NCBI GenBank assembly: GCA_964016885.1
Contig: OZ024744.1
Coordinates: forward strand, 66,464,001-66,528,000
Length of the DNA: 64,000 bases
Source of the DNA: Eledone cirrhosa
Lineage: Eukaryota
Reading direction: 5' to 3'
The notes beneath the pieces are model-generated. The model was not told the DNA's origin, ran no database searches, and saw only the letters and a list, made by a program, of their open reading frames with translations. Below, in pieces: positions 29,974-41,957 of this stretch (positions are counted from its first letter, which is position 1; the number at the start of each line of letters is the position of its first letter). Position numbers and translations under genes: made by a program.

Positions 29974-30089
29974 CTTTAAAACAATAGATTGGATGGCCAC
30001 AACTGGAATGCCTTTGATCATAATAGGTCTACTACACAGTGCTGACTTGGGGTTAAACAATAACATAATTGAGTGGGTCTATTATTAGT

Positions 30090-30270
30090 AGTTTGGCAAA
30101 TATAGGTAGAGCGTCAGACACCATGCTTTGCAGCATAGAGTTATGGCCCTTTGTGTTATGAGTTCAAATCCGCCGAGATTAACTTTGCCTTTCATCCTTA
30201 CAGAGTCGATAAAATAAAGTACCAGTGATGCACTGGGGTAATCGTTGGCCTTGTGCCAAAAGTAGAAACT
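30090..30270 (+). mobile_element. SINE family 2
   Basis: Matches the family motif. Confidence 0.8.
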
Positions 30271-30583
30271 CTATTATTAGTAATTTAACCAGCTAGAAAT
30301 AACAGCTTAGCCTTCCTCCCTACCCATTTAAAATCTGCTTAAAAGGAAGGACACATTGGATTATATAATCCTAAAAACACATTTGAAAAATAAAAGAGAA
30401 AAGAGAAGGATAGAATACCATGGCTCAAATGCTATTGGTCATATATCTGTATAAGAAGACTAACCTGGGCTTAAATAACACCTGCAGTAGTTAAGCCCAG
30501 CTAGGGAGTTTTCTACTATATCGGTTTCTTGCTGTGATAGAAACAACAATTCTTTCTCATTCTCATATCACACCCACCAGTTT

Positions 30584-30614
30584 TTGTTATTGTTGTTGGT
30601 AGTTGCTGTTGTTG

Positions 30615-30652
<38 letters not shown>

Positions 30653-31360
30653 AGTGGTGGTGTTGTTGGTGGGGGTGGTAGTGGTGGTGGTGGTAGTGGT
30701 GGTGGTGATGTTGGTGGTAGTGGTGTTGGTGGTGGTGGTGGTGGTGATGATGTTGGTGGTAGTGGTGGTATTGGTGGTAGTGGTGATGTTGGTGGTAGTG
30801 GTGGTATTGGTGGTAGTGGTGGTGGTGGTGGTGGTGGTGGTGGTGATGATGTTGGTGGTAGTGGTGGTATTGGTGGTAGTGGTGGTGGTGGTGGTCTTGT
30901 TGTTGGTCGTAGTGGTGGTGGAAGTGGTGGTATTGTTGTATATTTCTAAGTCAAACCTGACAGTTATGTTGTTCAAGGCCATTTCTAACTAACTGAACAT
31001 ACTTGCCACAGCACATTGTTGTTGTGCTTGAATAACCCCCCCCCCCCCCAAAAAAAAATGGAATGGTCATGACTGGAATACCTTTAATCACAGGTCTGCT
31101 CAATCATCATCAACAACACCTACTACCACCACATCCACCATTACCACCACCACCACCACCACTGCCACTACTGCCACCACCACTACCACCACCACCACCA
31201 CCGCCACTACCTCCACCACCACCACCACCACTACCACTACCACTACCATCACCACCACTACCACTACCACCATCGCCACCACCACTACCACCACCATCAC
31301 TACCACAACCACTACCACCACCATCACCACCACCACTTCCACCACCGCCACCAACACTGC
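30584..31360. repeat. (GTT/GGT)n tract followed by an opposite-sense (CCA)n tract
   Basis: 30584-30940 and 31103-31360. Confidence 0.9.
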
Positions 31361-31782
31361 AATGACCATGAAGGTGATGAAAGATCTTTGTTCAATGGTA
31401 TCAATTACTGCATCATTCACTTCAGTTTAGTTCAGAAAAAAAAAAAATGCTAAAAGCGAGGTGGGTTGGGGTGGGTGAGGGGCGAATGGGGGTTTGGGGT
31501 TATTACTACATAAAGTTAACAGCTGTTTCTATTTTGTTAGCTTTTATTTTTTTTTTTTTCTTATGTTTCTTGATTGTTTTTTTTTTCTCTGTATTGTTGT
31601 TTTTGTAGTATTATATTCAACAAATATCTGGCAATGAGGAAGTCACCACATGATCAGTTCAGTCTGAATATCTCCCTCAAATCAAGCAAAACGGAATGAA
31701 AAACTGATATTCACACCCCACAAACACCAACGGCATATATTGTGTCATGTATTACATTAATTCTCTCATTATTTACATAGGA

Positions 31783-32925
31783 CGGAGGGCGGTGGATTGG
31801 CAGTATCGGGAGAGAGTCGGACACCATGCTTTGAAGCATAGAGTTACATCCCTTTATGATCTGAGTTCAAATCCTGCCGAGGTTAACTTTGCCTTTCATC
31901 CTTACGGGGTCGATAAAATAAAGTACCAGTAATGTACTGGGTAATTGCTGGCCTTGTGCCTAAAATAGAAACAATTATTTACATAGGTCGGACGCCATGC
32001 TTTCTAGTATAGTTACGTCTCTTTACATTCTGAGTTCAAATCCCGCCAAGGTTAACTTTGCCTTTCATCCTTACAGGATCGATAAAATAAAGTACCAATA
32101 ATGCACTGGGTAATTGCTGGCCTTGTGCCAAAAAGTAGAAACAATTATTTACATTGGCAGTATTGGTAAAGTGTCGGACAACATGCTGTGCAGCATAGAG
32201 TTATGGCCCTTTGCGTTCTGATTTCAAATACTGCCAAGGTTAGCTTTGCCTTTCATCCTTACAGGGTCAAAAAAATAAAGTACCAGTAATGCACAGGGGT
32301 CGATTTAATCGACTTCACCCTCCCCGTAAATTGTTGGCCTTGTGCCTGCCTGTATGAGAAATCATTATTTACTGAAGTTAATCTGAGTTCAAATCCCGCC
32401 GAGGTTAACTTTGCCTTTCATCCTTTTATCACGGGGTCGATAAAATAAAGTACCAGTAATGTACTGAATAATTGCTGGCCTTGTGCCTAAAGTAGAAACA
32501 ATTATTTACTTAAGTTAATTTAATCGACTCCCCCCCCCCCCTCTAGAATTGTTAGCCTTATGCCTAAATCAGAAACCATTATTTAATTTAATTATAAACT
32601 ACCTTAATTATTGGTTCTAACACAGGCACAAGTCCTGAGCATTTTTGGGGGGATAGTCAGAGGAAGTTTTATTATATCGGTCCCAGTACTGTATTGATCG
32701 ACCTTGAAAGGGTGAAAAGCAAAGCTTGGCCGCAGTGGGATTTGAACTACTCTAACAACACTGTTAATCCACCACCATTTTTTGGGGGGTTGATCAGAGG
32801 AAGTTGATTATATCAGTGCCAGTACTTGACCAGTACGTTATTGATCGACCTTGAAAGAATAAAAGGCAAAGGTTGACCGCAGTGGGATTTGAACTACTCT
32901 AACAACACTGTTAATCCACCACCTT
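31783..32925. mobile_element. Cluster of SINE family 2: ~4 tandem plus copies, then 2 diverged minus copies
   Basis: gcctttcatcct..gataaaataaagtacc recurs at ~31890, 32060, 32248 and 32413; reverse copies at ~32610-32925. Confidence 0.85.
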
Positions 32926-33331
32926 AAACAACTTTGATTATTAACCACAAACACCTTCATGTTTTATTTCTCAATGTTCATCATCTTCATTATGTTGTAT
33001 GTTGAACATCATCTATATATATAGATAACCATACTTGCTATAAATTTCAAGGTACTGTTGATATATTACTTGTGCATCAAAAGTAATGGATATTGTATTT
33101 ACAAGTACCGCTCTTTCAGTTATCATTAAAGAGTGGTCTTTGATCTTATGCAGATGAAGACGTTATCGATAAATAATTTTCTATTAAGATGCATATTTGA
33201 GTTTCACAAATACTCAACATTAATCTAATCAGCTAGACATATGGGCGGCTACATTTTAAAATCCTCGAGCATCAAAGAGAAGTTTCTTTACATCTATAGT
33301 ATAAGAACATATATAACCAATATCTGACTCT

Positions 33332-33375
<44 letters not shown>

Positions 33376-33620
33376 ATGTGCATGTGTGTGTGTGTGCATG
33401 CATGTGGGTGTGTGTTTGTGTGTGCATGTGTTTGTGTGTGTGTGTGTGTGTGTGTATGAGTGTGTGTGCATATATATATGTTTTTCAGCAATACATAAAC
33501 ATATTTACATATAAATATATAACCATGTATGTTTGTGTGTGTATATATATATATAAATTTATGTACATATATATATATATTATCATCATCACCATTTTAC
33601 ATCTATTTTCCACATCCATA

Positions 33621-33659
<39 letters not shown>

Positions 33660-33860
33660 TATGTACACGTACATACATATATGTATACAGACGTACAGTA
33701 GTATGTATATATACATACATGCACACATATATATATATGTACGTATGGATTCACCGAACATTTATTATAATGCTCGGTGTGTTTGTAAACAAACATCCCG
33801 TATTAAGCCGTAGTGTCCAGCAACCATCGTTGCTCATTTGTTCAACACTGACAAAGGAAG

Positions 33861-33899
33861 GCTGTACTAGTTTCAAGCTTGTTAGCTATCGTCAGCAAC
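33861..33899 (-). ncRNA. Minimal type-I hammerhead ribozyme motif (GUA)
   Basis: GTTG-CTGACGA-t AGCT aaca AGCT t-GAAA-CT AG-TA-CAGC. Confidence 0.75.
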
Positions 33900-34390
33900 G
33901 TATACCTTCCTGCCAGATTGTTGAACGTATATACTTACCTTATGCATATTAGTGGCTGAGTAGCCCAATTTGCATATCGAGTGGGTTAATCGGCCGGGTG
34001 CACCGAAAGCGATAAACGGAAAAAATGAAACGAAATTTCATTTCCCACTCTTAGTACGGCTGTTAATTAAATATAAGTATGTACACGTACATACATATAT
34101 GTTTGGTGAATCCATACGTACATATATATATGTGTGTGCATGTATGTATATATATATACATACTACTGTACGTCTGTATACATATATGTATGTACGTGTA
34201 CATACTTATATTTAAGTAACAGCCGTACTAAGAGTGGGAAATGAAATTTTGTTTCATTTTTTCCGTTTATCGCTTTCGGTGCACCCGGCTGATTAACCCA
34301 CTCGATATGCAAATTGGGCTGCTCAGCCGTTAATATGCATAAGGAAAGTATATACTTTCAGACGTTCAATCATCTGGCAGGAAGAAATAC

Positions 34391-34429
34391 GTTGCTGACG
34401 ATAGCTAATAAGCTTGAAACTAGTACAGC
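34391..34429 (+). ncRNA. Minimal type-I hammerhead ribozyme motif (GUA)
   Basis: GTTG-CTGACGA-t AGCT aata AGCT t-GAAA-CT AG-TA-CAGC; stem I extends via ggaag/cttcc. Confidence 0.75.
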
Positions 34430-34688
34430 CTTCCTTTGTCAGTGTTGAACAAACGAGCAACGATGGTTGCTGGACACTACGGCTTAATACGGGATGTTTG
34501 TTTACAAACACATCGAGCATTATAATAAATGTTCGGTGAATCCATACATACATATATATATATGTGTGCATGTATATATATACATACTACTGTATGTCTG
34601 TATACATATATGTATGTACGTGTACATACTTATATTTAAGTAACAGCCGTACTAAGAGTGGGAAATGAAATTTTGTTTCATTTTTTCC

Positions 34689-34724
<36 letters not shown>

Positions 34725-35164
34725 TCCCACCCTTGCAAGCAGGGAAAAGCAGACGTAAAAGGATGATGATGATATGAAGAGTGTAATGGATGGATAGATA
34801 GAGATATAAATAGGTAACTAATTAGACAGATAGATAGATAAATAGATAGAGATATAAATAGGTAACTAATTAGACAGATAGATAGATAAATAGATAGAGA
34901 TATAAATAGGTAACTAATTAGACAGATAGATAGATAAATAGATAGAGAAGTTTTAAAAAAAAATGGATAAGTTGAAATCAATATTTATAAAAATTTTTAG
35001 TTTCGCATTTAACGTTTTTTATGGAAATGCATGTGACCTACTCAATCAGGCCTAAAATGATAGGCATTCCATTTATGGCCATCTCAATTTTTTTTTTTTT
35101 TTAGAGGAGCTATCTGGGAAGCATATAAATAGATAGATAGGCAGACAGACAGGTAGGTAGATAG

Positions 35165-35340
35165 ATATCTTTCTGTATTTGCCACAGGGGGGTACAAAAA
35201 TGGGACATTACAAGACGTGACGGCGGGGGTTTTACATAAAAATCATATAACTTTAACATTAATAAATAACAATAATCTATATAAAGTAAAATAACAATTG
35301 AAGTCCACAATAGGGGGGAACGTTACTGCAGGGTTGTTTT
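35165..35340 (-). mobile_element. Tx1-like LINE 3' UTR fragment at (GATA)n
   Basis: tatttgccacaggg..gggaca..caataggggggaa is homologous to 53760-53895; both flanks are GATA-rich. Confidence 0.6.
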
Positions 35341-35924
35341 AGATAGATCAATAGATAGAGAGATGGAGAGATAGAGAGATAGAATGATAGATAAATCATT
35401 AAAAAGACAGAGAGGAAGGAATAAAGCATTTAATGATTGACAAACAGACAGATAGATAAAGTAGAATGCAGTTATTACAGAGATGATGAATTATGCATTC
35501 TGTGACGTAGGAATGGCCATAAAATGTAAAATCCTAGAAAGGAGTTTATCAACATATTTTATGAGTTAAAAGATTTAAAGATTAAAGACTATATGAACCT
35601 AAGTGAAGTCAATATTTTAGATATAACTTTGGCTTAAAGAGCGCAGCATACAGTATAGTGGTAGTATTCTTTCTTCATTCAATTAACTTTCAAAACTTGA
35701 TTCGGTGGAATGATACGTAATGGCCGCCCCCCACCCCACACACATCCCCGGCGGACAGAATGGAGGAGGCGTTCCGCCGGAGAACGACAAGGGAGACACG
35801 CCGGAAAAGCCACTCCAACTCGCGGAGCTCACACCTGCGGCTGGCCAGTTAGGTACTGGTTAATACGGCCTTTCTATAATTCAAATGAGAAACTGCAGCA
35901 TAAAAGTATAAATTCCAAATAATT

Positions 35925-37148
35925 ATTTCTAATTTAGGCACAAGGCCAGCAATAACCCAGTACATTACTGGTACTTTATTTTATCGACCCCCGTAGGGAT
36001 GAAAGGCAAAGTTAACCTCGGCGGGATTTGAAATCAGAACGCAAAGGGCCATAACTCTATGCTGCACAACATGTTGTCCGACACTTTGCCAATACTGCCA
36101 ATGTAAATAATTGTTTCTACTTTAGGCACAAGGCCAGCAATTACCCAGTGCATTACTGGTACAACGACGCTACTTTTTTCCTAAAATATGTCCCAAAAAT
36201 CTACCATGCGTCCTGGAGACCGAAGGTTGTTTATTATTTTTTTTCAAATTTTTGGATGTCAAAATTAGGGTGTGTCCTCGAGGGTGAAGCGTCTTCGGTG
36301 CCAGGAAATACGGTACTTATTTACATAAACATATGCATATCCCATGTATCTTTGAATGTTGAATATTTTTAGCTGCTGCTTAAAAGGATTGATACCCTAT
36401 GCCTCTAAGAATCTGGTTGAGCGCACTAAGCACACTGAGCCAAACGACCACTGACAACAGCTACCATCTAAATAACAGCTTGGAAGTAAACAATATTTTG
36501 AAAATAAACTATTGGTTAGAATGTGGTTAGATTGTCTCATGAAAGAATTGCTGAACAGATTATACGGGCAAAGTCAACCAGCAGGAGATCCACATAATCA
36601 ACAAGATGGTTGAATAACATTCATGAGCTTGGATTGTCTTGCTTAGGGATCCAGCTGGATCAATGGAAGACTGTTGCTTCTGACTGAACTTCATGGAATC
36701 TAAAACTGGGGACTCTGTTTCCATGACCCCCCCCCCCCCATCCGAAATAAGTGGGTGAATAATAATTGTTTCTACTTTAGGCACAAGGTCAGCAATTATC
36801 CAGTGCATTACTGGTACTTTATTTTATCGACCCCGTAAGGATGAAAGGCAAAGTCAACCTCGGAGGGATTTGAACTCAGATCGTAAAGGGACGTAATTAT
36901 GCTGGAAAGCATGGCGTCCGACCCTCTACTGATACTGCCAATGGTTTCTTATATAGGCATAAGGCCAGTAATTTTTTGGGGGGCAGGGCAAAGTCGATTA
37001 AATCAACACTAGTACATTACTGGGGCTTTATTTTATCAACCCCCATAAGGATGAAAGACAAAGCTAACCTCGGCAGGATTTGAACTCAGATCATAAAGGG
37101 CCGTAACTCTATGTTGCAAAGCATGGCATCCAACCCTCTACTGATACT
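35925..37148 (-). mobile_element. Several SINE2 copies with a pogo/Tigger-like end and an RTE 3' fragment between them
   Basis: SINE2 at ~35925-36160 and 36763-37148; gcgtctt..ggaaatacggta at ~36290-36315; RTE end at ~36555-36730. Confidence 0.6.
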
Positions 37149-37930
37149 GTGAATAATAATAACAATAATATAAATATACATGTATGTATTTGTAATTCTA
37201 ATTGCAGCACGTTTGTATAAATTCCAACTAACCTCAAATAATTGTAAAAAAAAAAATGACTTAGTTACATAAATATACACATATCCCATGTATACTCAAA
37301 TGTTGAATGTTTTATCTGTGTTACTCATTATAACAAGCATACATTAAATAACAGTGACCTTAATGATAGGATACATTGCATGTAGAACAAGACTAATATT
37401 AATAAATGGAAAAATAGAAAATGAAATGGTATAACCCTCCGTATAATTTGGGATGTAAAACTTTTGTATAATTATTTTCCTGTACAAATAGAGATCATAA
37501 GATCTTCCATAATAAAATAAAGTCAAGGTGAGTCATAGCTAGGACAAAACCTTTGCAGCTTCTATAGTCAATATAGATAGAAGAAACCATTCTAACACAA
37601 ATATGCAAAATCTTTGTGTAATGGTAACAACCCTAAGCTCTGGCCTCTCAAAGCATAAGTGTATTGAATTAAGGCTTCTTTTGCAAATTGCAGCAACAAA
37701 ACAATTTATAGGGGTCACTAAAAATCCTTGAAAAGATATTCTGTCAGTATATGTATGCATTCAGACACTCAGATAGACACTTTTTACTACTTTACTATCA
37801 AAATATAACTGGGTTCTAAAGGAGACTGATAATAACAATTATAAGATCAATTAGACCATTATAGAACATGTAAATCTTTACAGTGTTGATTCTAGAACGT
37901 GGAATCTTTGCTTCTCAGTAGATTAAATCA

Positions 37931-38107
37931 CAGACCTACCAACCGCTAAAAACCCAATGAGGAGTACCATGAAAAAAAGTGCCTCAAAATGGGGAGAAAT
38001 GAGGCAAAATAGGAAGATTTTACCAATTTTCACAAAAGAAGACATCTCTCACCCACACCAAAGTGGGTGGGAGATCTCCCCGTCTGACGGGGAGAGTTGA
38101 CAGGTCT
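37931..38107. mobile_element. MITE (same family as 1622-1796)
   Basis: TIRs cagacctaccaac / gttgacaggtctg. Confidence 0.65.
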
Positions 38108-38253
38108 GAAAACATTCTATTACAGACTTTTGCAAACTTTGACAAAAAATATCTGAATTGGAGAATTCTTGTAGGTGGTCATACGATCTGACTTGTCTCA
38201 CAGCAGGACAGCTCATCTAACCTATGCTAGCATGGGAAATGGAGGTTAAACGG

Positions 38254-38268
38254 TGATGATGATGATAG

Positions 38269-38313
<45 letters not shown>

Positions 38314-38321
38314 GGATCACA

Positions 38322-38373
<52 letters not shown>

Positions 38374-38400
38374 GGATCACGATGATGATGATGATGATGA
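38254..38400. repeat. (GAT)n expansion of an RTE-type tail
   Basis: Follows cctatgctagcatggg..gttaaac. Confidence 0.85.
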
Positions 38401-39008
38401 CATTTCATCATTTATTTATTGAGGAATTTCCAACTACCAAGAAGCTAGATATTGTTATTTCTTAGATAATACATCAGCAGTACATGAAATATACAAATGC
38501 ATTCATATATTCATTAAGGACATTAAGATATCTTTTAACAAGAGTCTTTTTCCCCAGCACACTTTTTTTTATTTTATTTTTTTTTACATAAATTGTACTG
38601 TCTATTTGAATATGGCAATGAATAAAGAAACATATGATGAATGTTCTGACAAATTATCTAGCAATCAAACAAATCCCAATATGTAGGCAGACAATCATCT
38701 CTTAATGTATTTTTAATATTCCTACATCTATATTGTCACACTGATATCATTTCTCAATCATTTTGAACATCACAACACGAAACTGAATTATTCTTTAAGA
38801 AGGTGCAAATTAAGTATGTTCATTTCAGAATAATATCAAGAGTGAATGGGCTTAACAGCCTATCAAATACGTGTTTCCTTGTGGCTGTTTGGATAATATG
38901 CATGTCTTCTGATGAGAGCCCAACTAGGTCCAAAAAAATCGATCAGTTTATATATATACTCATTCAACTTTAAGAAATACAAAAGTAGTTGAAAATTGTG
39001 AAGTTTAA

Positions 39009-39218
39009 CCCTTTAACATTTAAACCGGCTGTATCTGGCCAGAATTCTCTCACCTCTTTCTGTTATAACTGGCTGTAACTAGCCACTCATACTGATGTTA
39101 AGGTATTGTTCTCAAAATAAATAATATCAAAATCTCATTATTATGTGATATTATGTGAGGTAAAGACTTTACCATGAAAATACAATAGTAAATATAGAGT
39201 AATGTAAATGCTAAAGGG
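39009..39218. mobile_element. piggyBac-type MITE
   Basis: TTAA on both sides; TIRs ccctttaacattta / taaatgctaaaggg. Confidence 0.85.
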
Positions 39219-39263
39219 TTAAAGGTATTTATCACTCTTTCAACATACCCACACACATGTATA

Positions 39264-39295
<32 letters not shown>

Positions 39296-39379
39296 AAACG
39301 TAAACAGAAATAACAACAGAATCGGTACAGTATATGGAAGGGATATATTAGGTTAACGCTTGATATAGCAGGTAGAGGG

Positions 39380-39418
39380 TCTTAACGTTTCGGACACCAG
39401 TCCTTCATCAGAAATAAG
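39380..39418 (-). ncRNA. Minimal hammerhead motif (GUU), Penelope pLTR type
   Basis: ttt-CTGATGA-aGGAC tggt GTCC-GAAA-CG-TT-aag; loopless palindromic stem III (AACGTT). Confidence 0.65.
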
Positions 39419-39666
39419 ATAGATTGAGGGGACGGGCGGGATGGAATTGGAAAAAATGTCTTTTATATATATCTTTCATTTGAACGTGAACCTAATAACA
39501 TTGTTTTGTATATATGTGTTTGCCTTTTGTTAATATATATATATACACACACACACGCGTACGCACACACACATACATACAAACATACATACGTATATAT
39601 ACATGCAAGTGAGGAAAAACAGATGTAAAAATAAGGAGCCTAACCCATAATGTAACTATAGTTTTG

Positions 39667-39697
<31 letters not shown>

Positions 39698-40241
39698 CTG
39701 GATGACACCGCTATGAGGAAGGACAGGTGTGAAACCACAGTTTTCGAACCTGACTCATAACAGAAACACAGTTATAGATCCAGGTACTGGATGGCACCAC
39801 TATGAGGAGTGACAGGCGAATTTGGCTGTGCTGAGCCCTTCTCAATACAAAATCGCATTTTGCGAGCCTGGGACTGGATGCACCACTATGAGGAGGGACA
39901 GGCCTGTTGACCGCACCAAACTCTTCACACAGCGGAGCTTCAGTTCAGGTATTGTATACCACGTGACTCCACTATGACAAAGGACAGGCCAGTTGGTTGC
40001 ACCAAACCTATTCTCTGCCATATGACTGAGGTACACTATTGCACCAATGTCTCACTCAAGTAATGCATATATTCCCCAATCCTTAAATCAATTTTATACA
40101 TATATATACATTTGTGTATATACATGTATACATATGTCCATATGCAGATAAACATGTGTGTGCATACAAACATTCATATATGTAGGGTTTATATTATTTC
40201 AAAATCTATTATTTGCTGCTTTTTTCTCATTATACCATTAA

Positions 40242-40461
40242 CTATTTAATGTTCAAACCGGCCAAAACTGGCCAGAATTCTCTACCTTTTTCTGTTGAAA
40301 CTGGCTGTAACTGGTCGCTCAAACTGATGTTAAGGTATTGTTCTCAAAATAAATACTTTCAAAATCTCATAGATTCGATGTTATGTGAGATAATGATACA
40401 AGGTAAAGCTTTTACCATGAAAATATAATAGTATATATGGAGTAATGTGAATGCTAAAGGG
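40242..40461. mobile_element. piggyBac-type MITE
   Basis: TTAA flanks; homologous to 39009-39218. Confidence 0.8.
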
Positions 40462-40557
40462 TTAAATTTAAATCAATTTACAAAGAATCAAATATCTATA
40501 AATTGGTACCATAAGAAGATATTTGAAAACATTCTATATATATATATATATAAAAGA

Positions 40558-40669
40558 AGAGTCAGGACCTCGACAGCTGAGCTCTGGCCGTTTCGACAGC
40601 TAGATCTGAACTATAGTTCGGATCTAGCTTTCAAAAGGGCTGGAGCTCAGCTGTCGGGGTCCTGACTCT
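40558..40669 (+). repeat. 112-nt loopless GC-rich imperfect palindrome
   Basis: 56-bp arms centred on gaacta|tagttc, with 4 G-U wobbles and 3 mismatches on the plus strand. Confidence 0.85.
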
Positions 40670-40924
40670 TTTCCTATAAACCACCTCTATTAACCCTAAG
40701 TATTTCATATTAACCCTAAGTATTGAGTACTCTAGTGTGTTATGGTCCACCTGGTATCTTACCACACCCTCTTTTTTGTTGTATATATATATATTTGTCA
40801 ATTTTTTCTTCATACTTATAATTTACATTTAGCTCTGATTAATTGATTATTTATTTAGTTTATTTCTCTAGGCTATAAAGAAAAGTTAGGTTAAATTTTG
40901 TCCGTCTGTTCTTCAAACTTATAA

Positions 40925-40975
<51 letters not shown>

Positions 40976-41957
40976 TATGAACGATGTCCTCATACACAGG
41001 GAAAGGCACTTTTTTTCATGGTTTTAGAGGTTGGCAGGTCTGATATATATATATATTATATATATATATTTATTTATTTGTATATATATTTAGGACACTG
41101 TGTGTTTATATATATATATATATATATACAGTGTAAACGATGTTCTCATACACTTAAAACCAGCCATCAATACAAAATAAATAGTTAAATAAATAAATAG
41201 TTAAATAAATATATAAAGAGAGAAAAAGTGGAATGATGGTAATGTTATTTACAAGTTTATAAGTTTATAAACAAACAGAAGTGTTGGATATAAAAAGTGC
41301 CTAATGATAGCCTGTGTCAAGGGATTGTTAAATAACTGCATAAACAGTTAGGGGAGAGAGGGGGAAAGAGGCGAGGGAGGGAGGAAGGGAGGGAGAGAGG
41401 TCACTCATTACCTGCATAACAGTTCAACAGAAAGAGAGATGGAGCGATGAAGTGAGGAGAATAAAAAAAAGAAAGAGAGAGAGCAAGAGCAAGAGAGAGA
41501 ACGTGTGAGAGAGAGAGTGAGGAAGAGAGTAGAGAGTGTGGAAGAGCAAGAGGGAGAAAGAAAGAGAGGAGAAGACTATGTTATCCAAGATAATCCGAGT
41601 GTATGGTGTTTGAAAGAAGGTTTAGCTTCTATTTCTAGCAAAATCAGGAGAGGCTTTCGAACCTACCTCATTGACAACATACACTGAGTAACTCAGTAAA
41701 TTGGTGTATAGCTGGCATTGCAGCGAGCACTGGTGACAGGGTGAAAACTGGTGAACCTTCATCCAATATCCTATTAATTTGGACAGCTGAAATAATCCAC
41801 GCCTTCCCTTACACACACACCTACACACACCTAGACTCACATATACACACAGACACATATACATATACACATACAGATGTGCAGATGCATTCATGTTAGA
41901 ATACAATAAATTAACCATCTGGTAAATCAAGAACCTGATAACTGAAACACTGTGCAT

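Larger units (their letters stand above)
33656..34692. mobile_element. ~420-bp hammerhead-containing monomer in tandem and inverted arrangement (retrozyme/pLTR-like)
   Basis: Left arm period 418 (33656 vs 34074), right arm period 424 (34201 vs 34625). Arms are reverse complements joined at ~34100. Confidence 0.8.

Noticed and set aside
30584-31420. Gly-, Thr-, Val- and Pro-rich ORFs
   Set aside because: Trinucleotide microsatellites open in most frames; no splice or flanking support.
38217-38465. Poly-His and poly-Met ORFs
   Set aside because: (GAT)n tail expansion.
40690-40720. Telomere-like taaccctaa x2
   Set aside because: Only two spaced copies; not an array.
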